A stretch of DNA of 52,270 bases from an uncultured bacterium (GCA_937868685.1 CALMMZ010000181.1:1-52270); one strand, 5' to 3'. Shown: positions 40,528-49,290, counted from the stretch's first letter. The notes: a model not told the origin generated them from the letters alone. Numbers and translations are program-made.

Positions 40528-40932
40528 TTAAAAATCAGTCACACTTGCCGGCCGCTTCATATCAGGCGGCCAAATCCACAATGAATTAAGCTCTTTATCG
40601 ACAAATGTTTTCCATCCTCTTGCCTGGAGTTCTTGATCCAATTTTTTCACCAAATTACCAAATTCATCCAAGCGAATTTCTCTCTTTTGACGGAAATCAA
40701 TGAGTGAAAAGGGATATTCAAATGGTTGAAGAACTTCATCATTGAGTTGAATGGTTGCAAGATTAATTGGTTTATCAATAAATTTTTCTTCTTTTGTGAC
40801 TTGCTTTGCAGGGCGTACTTTCAAGAAGTGTTCGAAAATGGCTTCACGCAGATATTGTTCTGCACGAATTAAATCTGTTTTGGCAAATGTTTGCCATTCT
40901 TTGGGAGTAAAGGTCAAAGGAAAATCTTTCAT
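40528..40932 (-). CDS. hypothetical protein
   Basis: 134-aa ORF. No recognisable domain. Confidence 0.45.
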   Translation of the reverse strand: MKDFPLTFTPKEWQTFAKTDLIRAEQYLREAIFEHFLKVRPAKQVTKEEKFIDKPINLATIQLNDEVLQPFEYPFSLIDFRQKREIRLDEFGNLVKKLDQELQARGWKTFVDKELNSLWIWPPDMKRPASVTDF

Positions 40933-40955
40933 TGGAAATACTCTTTAGAAAATAA

Positions 40956-40991
40956 AAGAAGTCTTCAAATTAAAAAGTGAAGCAAAGATTT
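40956..40991. repeat. 36-bp direct repeat, copy A
   Basis: aagaagtcttcaaattaaaaagtgaagcaaagattt. 33 of 36 positions are identical to copy B at 41590..41625. Confidence 0.7.
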
Positions 40992-41029
40992 CAATATTTT
41001 TGTCTGGTTGATTAACTCTTTTAGAGGAG

Positions 41030-41458
41030 TCAATCTCTCCGATCTTCGTCTAACATATCTCCATTTGAAGGAGCTCCTCCATTTCGGTCATTTTCTTGGT
41101 CATTATTTGAAAGAGCTCTTCCATTTCGGTCATCTTCTTGGTCATTGTTAGAGGAAGATTGTACTTCACGTACCTCTTCATATGTTTTACCATCTAGATG
41201 TACGGAAAATTCGAGTTTTTCTTCAGTTTGTTCTCCTCCATCTTGAAGAGGACGATAAAAACAATTCATACACAAATCGAAATTGCATTCTGTACAAATG
41301 AACATTCCTTCAATATTTTCATCACCACCGATATCCATTTCTTGACAACAGTCGCATGTAACATAAAGGATATGAGCTACTGTTCTGGGTGTTACGGGCA
41401 CAAAACAAAAAGGATGATCATGTTTCGGGTGATAGTGAAATGTAAATTCTTTTGACAT
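41030..41458 (-). CDS. ZZ-type zinc-finger protein with an acidic repeat tail
   Basis: 142 aa. CDCCQEMDIGGDENIEGMFICTECNFDLCMNCF (ZZ-like C-x2-C...C-x2-C...DLC-x2-C). Tail: NNDQEDDRNGRALS / NNDQENDRNGGAPS. Confidence 0.55.
   Translation of the reverse strand: MSKEFTFHYHPKHDHPFCFVPVTPRTVAHILYVTCDCCQEMDIGGDENIEGMFICTECNFDLCMNCFYRPLQDGGEQTEEKLEFSVHLDGKTYEEVREVQSSSNNDQEDDRNGRALSNNDQENDRNGGAPSNGDMLDEDRRD
41071..41154. repeat. 42-bp tandem repeat x2
   Basis: gagctcctccatttcggtcattttcttggtcattatttgaaa followed by gagctcttccatttcggtcatcttcttggtcattgttagagg. Encodes the NNDQE(D/N)DRNG repeat on the minus strand. Confidence 0.8.
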
Positions 41459-41589
41459 TCTTTACCTTAGAGTAAAAATCTTTTAATCTTCGTTATGGGG
41501 TATCTTTGTTCGAGTTTATGTTTTTTGAATACTTTTGTACAAACGTCTTTTACTCTTTGAAAGTAAGAGAAAGAAAATTTAATTTGAAC

Positions 41590-41625
41590 AAGAAGTCTCC
41601 AAATTAAAAATTGAAGAAAAGATTT
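41590..41625. repeat. 36-bp direct repeat, copy B
   Basis: aagaagtctccaaattaaaaattgaagaaaagattt. The two copies bracket the ZZ-finger gene 41030..41458. Confidence 0.7.
41607..41614 (+). promoter_or_regulatory. AAAATTGA motif, distal
   Basis: Exact motif about 150 nt upstream of ATG 41763, inside direct-repeat copy B. Confidence 0.3.
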
Positions 41626-41658
41626 TTGATCTACTTCAAAGAATTCTTCTTCTTTTAC

Positions 41659-41746
41659 TTTAACCAGTGAGGAGAACGTTTAAACAATTTTGACTTTTTA
41701 TTAAACGTCCTTTCGGGGTTAAACGTCCTTTCGGGGTTAAACGTCT
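41659..41746. repeat. GTTTAAC-family repeat array, mixed orientation, in a divergent intergenic region
   Basis: tttaaccagtgaggagaacgtttaaac, then on the opposite strand ttaaacgtcctttcgggg ttaaacgtcctttcgggg ttaaacgtc. Confidence 0.8.
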
Positions 41747-41762
41747 TTAATCAAGCTGGTTA

Positions 41763-42677
41763 ATGAAGAAGTTAACCCGGCAGGATTTAATTGAACGGCT
41801 TCGAAGTGTTGGGTATACATCACTTTCACGCCTTCGAAAAGATGAATTGGAAGACATGTACAAGAAGATTGAACAAAATATAAAACGAGAGGAGAGTAAA
41901 CTTTCTTCAGAAGAAACAAAAGTCTCTTTTCGAGAACCTCTTGAAAGTGTGAAAATATCCATTCCTGCTTCATTACGGGAATCAACATCTTCGAAAAATG
42001 TGGTTGAAAAGAAAAAACCTCCGACTATTTATTATGAAGAAGAATTTGAGAAACTTCGGTTTGATGGAATTTCAAAATATGTCAAACTTTCACAGTTAGG
42101 TCAATCGGGAAAGGAAGGAACTACATATTTAGTCATGGATCCAGCTTATGCAGGCAAAAGATATGCTATGAAATGTTTTCGTAAAACAAAATCGGAAAAT
42201 CGTATTGCCGAGGAGGCCCATTATCAATGGTTAGTAGCGAAATATGGTATTGCCCCGCAAGTCTATCAATTTAATACAAAAGAAAAGTACATTTTGATGG
42301 AACCTTTGGATCAAACCTTGTTAAGTATTTTGACAGAAAATAAAGGTATTTTTCCCAAGAAACTTCAACAAGAAGTTATCGAACTTTACAAAAAGCTCGA
42401 TGAAACGGGAATTGCTGTCAACGATGGAAATCCAAGAAACATCATGGAGAAAAATGGAAAGTTGTATATGATTGATTATGGGCTGGCCAAAATGGCCTCT
42501 TCCCCTTCTTTCCGGAAATTGAAAACTCCTAATTTGTCTCTTCTTCCAAATGCTTTATTATATTATGTTAAAGAGAGGTTTGATACAACAAGTTGGGTAG
42601 AAATTCGTCAACATGTACCACCCGAATCTCTCCAACATTATGATAAGATTTATCGAATGAAGAATCCAAAAAAATGA
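41763..42677 (+). CDS. small atypical protein kinase with an N-terminal SAP/HeH-like motif
   Basis: 304 aa. LTRQDLIERLRSVGYTSLSRLRKDELEDMY (SAP/HeH-like). GQSGKEGTTYLV, YAMKCF, GIAVNDGNPRNIM, YMIDYGLAK. Confidence 0.65.
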   Translation: MKKLTRQDLIERLRSVGYTSLSRLRKDELEDMYKKIEQNIKREESKLSSEETKVSFREPLESVKISIPASLRESTSSKNVVEKKKPPTIYYEEEFEKLRFDGISKYVKLSQLGQSGKEGTTYLVMDPAYAGKRYAMKCFRKTKSENRIAEEAHYQWLVAKYGIAPQVYQFNTKEKYILMEPLDQTLLSILTENKGIFPKKLQQEVIELYKKLDETGIAVNDGNPRNIMEKNGKLYMIDYGLAKMASSPSFRKLKTPNLSLLPNALLYYVKERFDTTSWVEIRQHVPPESLQHYDKIYRMKNPKK

Positions 42678-42706
42678 TTTCGTTATATCTTCCGTGGTAA
42701 AAGAAA

Positions 42707-43642
42707 ATGGCTCTTCTCTTTTACCATGGACCTTGTTTGGATGGAGAAATGTGTCGTTCCCTTCTTGAAAACAAAATACCTCATCTTATATCGATTTCAG
42801 TCTTAGCGGGCAAGCTGTCTTTTTCTTTGATTCAAGAGAAACTAGCCCAAAATTTGGAAAGAAAAATAGATCAGATCTTTATCTGCGATTTGAGTATTTC
42901 GCAAGAGATCTTAAACGCTTTAGAACTTCTTCCACAAAAAGTATACATTTTTGATCACCATAAGAATTCAATTTCTTTTGTTCCCGCAAATGTAACTTAT
43001 ATATCAGGAACCTTTTGTGCCGCAATCTTAATATGGAACAAAATGTATCCCGATTTAAAAGAGGTTCCTTTAATGTTGAAGTATATTGATGATCAAGATT
43101 GCGGACGACATATTTTACCGCATACGGCAGATGTGTTAAATGCTATTCATTTTCGAAAGCGAACACAAAATCTTTTTCAGATGATGAAAGAGTTTAATCT
43201 TGAAGAATACAAAAAAGAAGGCACTATTTTAACTGAATACCGACAACGACAAATTAAAGACATGGTTCAATTTGGTGATACAAGAAGGTTAGAGTGGAAA
43301 GGTAAAACATATTCTCTTTTATTGTTGACAGGTGATCGTTCATTACGAAGTTTTGGTTTAGAAGAATCAAAAGCTGAGCTTACTTTCTTTTACACATATA
43401 ATATAAAGAGTAACGAATTCTGGATAGCATGTCGAAGTCGAGACATTGATCTTCTTCCCTGGGTCTCTTGTATAAGATGGCTCAACGTGGAAGGAAACTT
43501 TGAATCTGGTGGAGGACATTCCAAAGCATGTGGTTTCACGGTGAATAATCAAACGCAATTTCTTTTTCCTTCTGGAGAAGTGAAGGAAATCTCTTTTACC
43601 TGCTGGTTGACTGACTTATTGAGTTGTATTGCAAAGTGTTGA
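42707..43642 (+). CDS. DHH/DHHA1-family phosphoesterase (NrnA-like)
   Basis: 311 aa. YHGPCLDGEMC (motif I-like), IFICDLS, IFDHHKNS (DHH), and ESGGGHSKACGF (DHHA1 GGGH signature). Confidence 0.7.
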   Translation: MALLFYHGPCLDGEMCRSLLENKIPHLISISVLAGKLSFSLIQEKLAQNLERKIDQIFICDLSISQEILNALELLPQKVYIFDHHKNSISFVPANVTYISGTFCAAILIWNKMYPDLKEVPLMLKYIDDQDCGRHILPHTADVLNAIHFRKRTQNLFQMMKEFNLEEYKKEGTILTEYRQRQIKDMVQFGDTRRLEWKGKTYSLLLLTGDRSLRSFGLEESKAELTFFYTYNIKSNEFWIACRSRDIDLLPWVSCIRWLNVEGNFESGGGHSKACGFTVNNQTQFLFPSGEVKEISFTCWLTDLLSCIAKC

Positions 43643-43692
43643 AATTCTTTTGAGAATTTCAAAGAGTTTCTTCGAAGATTTTTTTCGAAGAA

Positions 43693-44829
43693 TTACGTAA
43701 TCTTCAATCCAAACCGAGCGGCAAACAAATTTTCCAATTGTCGCTCTTCTTTGACCGGAAAGAATTTTCCTTTTTGAAAATAAACTAGCCATGTATATGC
43801 CTCTTGATATGACAATGTTCCAATCATTTGTTCAGGATAAAAGTTAACAATTAGCTCAGAGCGTAGGCGATAATCATTGGTGAGTTTACCAACCAAAGTT
43901 TTCATTTGTGTAGATAAAAAAGAGGGTAAAGAGTGAAGAACACCTTCTTGTTTTAAGCAAGCGTAATCAATCATCGCAACTTCAGGCGGAGCTGGACCAT
44001 CAAAACATAAGGCGAGATCAAAATCAATGATAGCAAATTCAGATCCCGAACGAACTAAATTTCGAATGTAGAGATCAAGATGGACAATTCCAATTTGATG
44101 GAGTTTTTCTACTAAAGTAAGAATCTTTTTCTGTTCTGCGGGAGAAAACTTTCTCGCTTGATCAAACGGAGTGCATTGAGTTAAAATAGCTATCCCATAT
44201 TGCTTCCTTCCAATTTGACAAACTTGATATCCGAGTAATTTAGCCCCGATACCAGCCTTGCCGGCTCGTTGTAACATGACCAATTCCCATTTGTAGGAGT
44301 TATATCCATGGTATGATAAATCGGTCATTTTAAAGACCACCTTCTTTCCAGCATACACTCCTTGAAAAACAGTTCCACTAGTTCCACCGCCAAGTTCTTC
44401 TCCCTGTCCAAAGGTTTCTAAACATTTGTCTAAATTGGCAAATTCTTGAACTTGCATTTTTTGTCCAATTTCTTGATAGTCTTGAAGAGGAGAAGTCAAC
44501 AATGCTTCCTCAGCTTCAACACAATTATTAACTGTAGAACTACCTCCAGTAATTAAACGGTGGAGAAGTTCTTGTAAAATTTCCTTTTTGGAGGTAAATT
44601 TAACTGGTGGAACGGCTTCTTTCGCGATTTGACGCAATTTGGGCAATTTCATGGCAGTTAATTGAAGAGCGGAAGGTCTTTGAAGAACTTTGTATCTTTT
44701 CAACAACCTTTCGCGAATTACTTCAATATTTTCTTCAGAAGAGTATTGAATCGGATAAGGTAATTGGTTATTAAGCTCGGAGAGCGAACGAAAAGTTTTC
44801 GCGCGTTTAATTTGTCCTTCAAGATCCAT
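43693..44829 (-). CDS. atypical protein kinase with an N-terminal SAP/HeH-like motif
   Basis: 378 aa. MKLPKLRQIAKEAVPPVKFTSKKEILQELLHRL (HeH-like). LGGGTSGTVFQG, VVFKM, GIVHLDLYIRNLV, IIDFDLA. Confidence 0.65.
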   Translation of the reverse strand: MDLEGQIKRAKTFRSLSELNNQLPYPIQYSSEENIEVIRERLLKRYKVLQRPSALQLTAMKLPKLRQIAKEAVPPVKFTSKKEILQELLHRLITGGSSTVNNCVEAEEALLTSPLQDYQEIGQKMQVQEFANLDKCLETFGQGEELGGGTSGTVFQGVYAGKKVVFKMTDLSYHGYNSYKWELVMLQRAGKAGIGAKLLGYQVCQIGRKQYGIAILTQCTPFDQARKFSPAEQKKILTLVEKLHQIGIVHLDLYIRNLVRSGSEFAIIDFDLALCFDGPAPPEVAMIDYACLKQEGVLHSLPSFLSTQMKTLVGKLTNDYRLRSELIVNFYPEQMIGTLSYQEAYTWLVYFQKGKFFPVKEERQLENLFAARFGLKIT

Positions 44830-44869
44830 TTCTTTTGAGGAAAAGGAAAAAATTCCTTTTTTTAAAGTA

Positions 44870-45421
44870 ATGGGAACTTCTTTTTCAGAGGCACTTAGTG
44901 AATGGTGGGATGAAAAAGGTGGATATTATATTTTTGGAATTATAATTGGAATTGTGGTTTGGCGGTTAATTTTTCATCGGCAAAAATTAAACAAATCTTT
45001 TTCTGAATATCTCCGCGAAAATTCTCGTCCCAGAGATGAAAAGAAAGAAAAAGGCAGTCAAGGTGAGCAAGAAACTCGATGGGTGTTAGAAAGCATGTTT
45101 CAACGACCTTTTCCTTCCAAAAGGCCTGATATTCTTAAAAATCCAGTGACCGGAAGGAATCTAGAATGTGATATGATGAATGAAGAGTTGAAATTGTGTG
45201 TTGAATATCAAGGAAAACAACACTTTCAATTTGTGAATCACTTCCATACACCAGAGCAATTCCAAGACCAGCAAGCACGTGATTTATTGAAGAAAGAACT
45301 TCTGAAACAACATGGTTACGTTCTGATTGAAATTCCTTATTCAGTGCGAGGAAATGATATTTATCCTTATTTAAAGACGGCCTTAAAACAACATCCAGAA
45401 TATGAAGGGTATTATCAATGA
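44870..45421 (+). CDS. Vsr/DUF559-like PD-(D/E)XK endonuclease with an N-terminal membrane anchor
   Basis: 183 aa. YYIFGIIIGIVVWRLIF, then LECDMMNEELKLCVEYQGKQH ... ARDLLKKELLKQHGYVLIEIPY (D...E-x-x-G-x-Q-H...D-x-x-K pattern). Confidence 0.55.
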   Translation: MGTSFSEALSEWWDEKGGYYIFGIIIGIVVWRLIFHRQKLNKSFSEYLRENSRPRDEKKEKGSQGEQETRWVLESMFQRPFPSKRPDILKNPVTGRNLECDMMNEELKLCVEYQGKQHFQFVNHFHTPEQFQDQQARDLLKKELLKQHGYVLIEIPYSVRGNDIYPYLKTALKQHPEYEGYYQ

Positions 45422-45465
45422 AGTGTATTAAAAAGAAAAAATACAATTGAAAGACTTGTTAAAAA

Positions 45466-46380
45466 ATGCAACATATTAATTACTTCCCTTTACACGATTT
45501 CAGTTTATTTAGTCCAAATGACGAAATAAAATTTGTCGGGTTAGAAGAATTAGCATGGGACAAAATAATGGAAGATCTTTTTGATTCAATAAGGAAAGAT
45601 ATTATTACTAGGTTTACCAAACCCAGAGAAAATATTATAATTGATAATTTTGTAATATTACCACCAAAAAATATTCAAATTCATTTGAGTATTAAATCAA
45701 GGATTGAAGAAAAAATTTCTTGTGGAATAAGATATGAAAAAGACAATTTAAACTTTCAATCTGTATTCATTATTAATATACAAGTAACACCCAATCTTCT
45801 TAAAGAGCCATTATTTAAAGAGAAAATTATGACTCTTACAAATTTTATTTGGACCAGAGACAGTGTTAAAAGTATGTTAAAATTACATTTGTCTCTTGAA
45901 GATTTAAATAATGAAGATTTTATGTCTACGATACCAAATTTCGAAAAAATTCGTCATAAAAAGATTTACATTTCTATTTCCGACGAAGACCAATCAGGTT
46001 CTAATGTGATTTATTTAGATAAATTATTGTATTTTATACGATCTAAGTTTCCTGGTCCTAATATCTTTCATTGGGAATTTAAATCTAATAAACTGGTTCC
46101 TCCTAACAGAGAATATTTAGAGATTCATTTTGAAACAATGAAAAAATTAATAAAACGTGGATCGTTCATACTTATTGATTCTAATGCTGATGAAGAGCAA
46201 AAATTTTCAACAAATGTCATTTGTTACATTTCTGATAACGAAAAGGGCGATATGCAGTCCAGATTTAATGTTCCTATTCCTAATAGTGATCTTATAAAGC
46301 ATCATATTGATAATTTTAGAGATGAATATGTGGAGCATTTTAAAGCTTTTCGTGATAAATACGAAAGTAGAAGATATTAA
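45466..46380 (+). CDS. hypothetical protein
   Basis: 304-aa Asn/Lys/Ile-rich ORF. No recognisable domain. Confidence 0.45.
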   Translation: MQHINYFPLHDFSLFSPNDEIKFVGLEELAWDKIMEDLFDSIRKDIITRFTKPRENIIIDNFVILPPKNIQIHLSIKSRIEEKISCGIRYEKDNLNFQSVFIINIQVTPNLLKEPLFKEKIMTLTNFIWTRDSVKSMLKLHLSLEDLNNEDFMSTIPNFEKIRHKKIYISISDEDQSGSNVIYLDKLLYFIRSKFPGPNIFHWEFKSNKLVPPNREYLEIHFETMKKLIKRGSFILIDSNADEEQKFSTNVICYISDNEKGDMQSRFNVPIPNSDLIKHHIDNFRDEYVEHFKAFRDKYESRRY

Positions 46381-46499
46381 AAAGTCTACATTCGATCTGT
46401 AATGTATGTTTGAATCATTTCTTTGAAAAGAAATGATTTCGATAAAAATGAAAAATATCGCTTTTGTGTATAATTGGAAGCTAATTTATTTATAGGAAT

Positions 46500-46507
46500 A
46501 AAATTGA
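46500..46507 (+). promoter_or_regulatory. AAAATTGA early-promoter-like motif
   Basis: Exact motif upstream of ATG 46534. Confidence 0.55.
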
Positions 46508-46533
46508 TTAGATTTTAATCAATAAGTTAAAAA

Positions 46534-48252
46534 ATGGATTTTGAAACTGCCTTTCAAATATCTCAACATGTCTTTGACCTGGGTGTGTATTACTCTTTAG
46601 AAGAATTGAAAAATGTTCGGTTAATCTTCTCCGAAGAAGTACTTATCCGAAAGTTTGCTCCCAAGAGAGAATTTTTTCTCCAATCTCGAAAATGTGAAGT
46701 CTGTGGTAAAAGGCCAACGTATCATTTTAAATCTGGTGCGACTCAAGGAAAAGGAGTTCGTTGTAAAGCTCATTGTGAAGAAGGCATGATAAATGTGAAC
46801 GATCCAACATGTCTCCATTCCGGATGTAAAACTCGGCCGTCTTACAATTTTCCCGGACAAAAAAAGAGTTATTGTACTCTTCATAAATTGGAAGGTATGA
46901 TAGATGTGGCAAATCCGAAATGTCTCCATCCCGGGTGTGAAACTCATCCAAATTACAATTATCCCGGGCAAAAAGCAAGTTATTGTAATGTTCATAAATT
47001 GGAAGGTATGATAAATGTAGTACATCCGAGATGTCTCCATCTCGGGTGTGAAACTCAACCAAATTACAATTTTCCCGGACAAAAAGCAAGTTATTGCAGT
47101 TTTCATAAATTGGAAGGCATGATAGATGTAAAACATCCAAGATGTCTCCATCCTGGCTGTGAAACTCGACCGACTTACAATTATCCTGGGCAAAAACCAA
47201 GTTATTGTAGTCTTCATAAATTGGAAGGTATGATAAATGTGGTAAGTCCGACTTGTCTCCATCCCGGGTGTGAAACTCAACCAACTTACAATTATCCTGG
47301 GCAAAAACCAAGTTATTGTAGTCTTCATAAATTGGAAGGTATGATAAATGTGGTAAGTCCGACTTGTCTCCATCCCGGGTGTGAAACTCTACCGTCTTAC
47401 AATTTTCCCGGACAAAAAAAGAGTTATTGTAGTCTTCATAAATTGGAAGGTATGGTAGATGTAGTAAATCCAAGATGTGTTTGTGGTACAAGAGCTAATT
47501 TTAATTTTCCTGGTAATCCTCCATCTTGGTGTGCTTCTCATAAATCTCCGGGGATGATTTCTCATCCCACCAAGAAATGTAAGATTGCGAAGTGTCAAAA
47601 GTTGGCTCTTTTTGGAATGACTTCAGCGCTTCATTGCGAAAATCATCGTTTTCCTGAAGAAATTCTTTTGATGGAACGAAATTGTGTGAAATGTCAACGA
47701 TTAGATATCTTAAATCAAGACGGATTGTGCCTTTCTTTTTGTTTAGCTGAAGTTCAATATTACAATAAATATCGAATTCAAAAACCTAAGAAACAAGCAC
47801 GTGTGGTTGAAATGTTAACACGTACAATAGGTGCACCACTTTTTGTGGATACCATCATTGATAAAGTTTGTAACAAATTTCGCCCTGATTGTGTCTATGA
47901 ATTTGATGATTATGTTTTAATTGTCGAAATTGATGAATTTCAACATAAACGATATTCAGATAGTTGTGAATATCGTCGAATGGAAGAAGTTTTTCGTGCC
48001 TTTCTCAAGAAAACACTTTTTATTCGCTATAATCCAGATTCATTTCTTGATTTTGCACAAAAACCAGGGAAATGTGATGTTCGCAAACGAGAGAAAAAAT
48101 TAGTTGAAACAGTACAAAAGTATTATCGGGGTTTTCCTTTTCCCTTTGCTTCAGTCTATCTTTTTTACGATGGATATCATCCAGAAGGAGATAATTTAAT
48201 TTTGTTTCCCGTACCGGAAGGAATTCAAGACTATCGAGGAAAGGTATATTAA
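46534..48252 (+). CDS. EsV-1-7-type cysteine-repeat protein fused to a C-terminal PD-(D/E)XK-like endonuclease domain
   Basis: 572 aa. About nine repeats of C-x4-C-x15-C-x2-H, e.g. CLHPGCETRPTYNYPGQKPSYCSLHKLEGMINV. C-terminal RPDCVYEFDDYVLIVEIDEFQHKRY...LFIRYNPD (D...E-x-D-E-x-Q-H). Confidence 0.75.
   Translation: MDFETAFQISQHVFDLGVYYSLEELKNVRLIFSEEVLIRKFAPKREFFLQSRKCEVCGKRPTYHFKSGATQGKGVRCKAHCEEGMINVNDPTCLHSGCKTRPSYNFPGQKKSYCTLHKLEGMIDVANPKCLHPGCETHPNYNYPGQKASYCNVHKLEGMINVVHPRCLHLGCETQPNYNFPGQKASYCSFHKLEGMIDVKHPRCLHPGCETRPTYNYPGQKPSYCSLHKLEGMINVVSPTCLHPGCETQPTYNYPGQKPSYCSLHKLEGMINVVSPTCLHPGCETLPSYNFPGQKKSYCSLHKLEGMVDVVNPRCVCGTRANFNFPGNPPSWCASHKSPGMISHPTKKCKIAKCQKLALFGMTSALHCENHRFPEEILLMERNCVKCQRLDILNQDGLCLSFCLAEVQYYNKYRIQKPKKQARVVEMLTRTIGAPLFVDTIIDKVCNKFRPDCVYEFDDYVLIVEIDEFQHKRYSDSCEYRRMEEVFRAFLKKTLFIRYNPDSFLDFAQKPGKCDVRKREKKLVETVQKYYRGFPFPFASVYLFYDGYHPEGDNLILFPVPEGIQDYRGKVY
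46693..47660 (+). repeat. 111-bp (37-codon) coding repeat array (EsV-1-7-type Cys motif)
   Basis: About nine units. The copy starting at 47173 and the copy starting at 47284 are identical over roughly 105 bp. Confidence 0.85.
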
Positions 48253-48281
48253 ATATTTTTTGTTTGAGAAGAAAGAATATC

Positions 48282-48641
48282 ATGGAACATAAATCTTTGT
48301 CTCAAGATACTTTAACTCCGGAAAGATGTTTAATCACAGGGAAACTTACTCTTTTTGGCTTGAAACAAATTCTTGGTCCCGCACATCATGTCGAGTTGAT
48401 TCAGGAATATTGCAAGTTTTTTAAATACATGATTTCACTCTTGCCGCATGAGAAGTTATCTTCTTTTCTTCAATTATGTGAGAAGTTAGATCAACTTGCC
48501 GCTTCGCCTTTACCAGGAAAGAAAGTTCATCATGATTTTGTTCGTGCTGGTCATTGGCAAGATCTTGTTAGAGATTATTGCCGCACACATCCCGAATTGG
48601 AAAAGTTAAGTATGCAAGTACCAGAGTCTCCTGAAGGATAA
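48282..48641 (+). CDS. hypothetical protein
   Basis: ATG 48282; the listed 48264 start is a TTG. A GTTTAAC-family repeat copy is embedded at codons 9-16 (TLTPERCL). Confidence 0.4.
   Translation: MEHKSLSQDTLTPERCLITGKLTLFGLKQILGPAHHVELIQEYCKFFKYMISLLPHEKLSSFLQLCEKLDQLAASPLPGKKVHHDFVRAGHWQDLVRDYCRTHPELEKLSMQVPESPEG
48311..48334. repeat. GTTTAAC-family copy inside ORF 48282..48641
   Basis: tttaactccggaaagatgtttaat, encoding LTPERCLI. Confidence 0.55.
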
Positions 48642-48696
48642 AATCTTTTTTAATAGAAAAATGATTATTTTCACTTTATTAAAAATAATAATTAAG

Positions 48697-49236
48697 ATGT
48701 CCCAAATTCAAAGAATTATTGGTTCTCTGCTTCACGAACAAGAGGTGTATGCCTGTTTCAAACAGCATCTCCAAACTGAAGAAGAGAAAAAAACCTTTAC
48801 ATTCGAGTCTTTTCAAAAAGAAATTTCTTTCTTTCTCGACGCTTTTCGTTTCCAAATTGAAGCAAAAGCCTCATCTGGAGATAATCTGCCAGTTCAGCTT
48901 GCAATTCGCTATCAAGAAAAATATGCTCATCTCATACCTCATTTCAAGATTATGAGCGTACATCCATTATCAACAGGAGCAATGCAACACTTGGCTCAAT
49001 CAGGTAGAATTAAGTCACCCGATGAAAAGATTTATTACTTTGGATTTATTAATGACACATATTCTCTGATTAATCCTCATCCAAAGAAGTTTCCCACCAA
49101 TCAAGATCCAAAATATCAAGAATCAAGAAAAAGCACAGATAATTTATTAGCTTTGTATGACAAAATGGACAGCTGGAGTGCACTTCAAAAAGCTTTCCCT
49201 TGGATTGGAGTATCAAGAGATATGATGTTACTATAA
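48697..49236 (+). CDS. hypothetical protein
   Basis: ATG 48697 (MSQIQRII...). The earlier ATG 48661 sits inside an AAAAATGATT promoter-like motif. Confidence 0.4.
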   Translation: MSQIQRIIGSLLHEQEVYACFKQHLQTEEEKKTFTFESFQKEISFFLDAFRFQIEAKASSGDNLPVQLAIRYQEKYAHLIPHFKIMSVHPLSTGAMQHLAQSGRIKSPDEKIYYFGFINDTYSLINPHPKKFPTNQDPKYQESRKSTDNLLALYDKMDSWSALQKAFPWIGVSRDMMLL

Positions 49237-49266
49237 TTTTTTCTTTCCTTGCGAGGAAAGAAAAAA
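49237..49266. terminator. intergenic palindromic hairpin
   Basis: Arm ttttttctttcct, loop tgcg, arm aggaaagaaaaaa, starting one nt after stop 49236. Confidence 0.6.
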
Positions 49267-49290
49267 TGAATTTCAATTTATGACACTCGG

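Noticed and set aside
46621-47598. Long antisense ORFs (46621..47373, 46727..47491, 47389..47598, all minus strand) opposite the EsV-1-7 repeat gene
   Set aside because: These are repeat-generated shadow frames with periodic nonsense-looking sequence. The plus-strand frame has a coherent Cys/His motif and a C-terminal domain.
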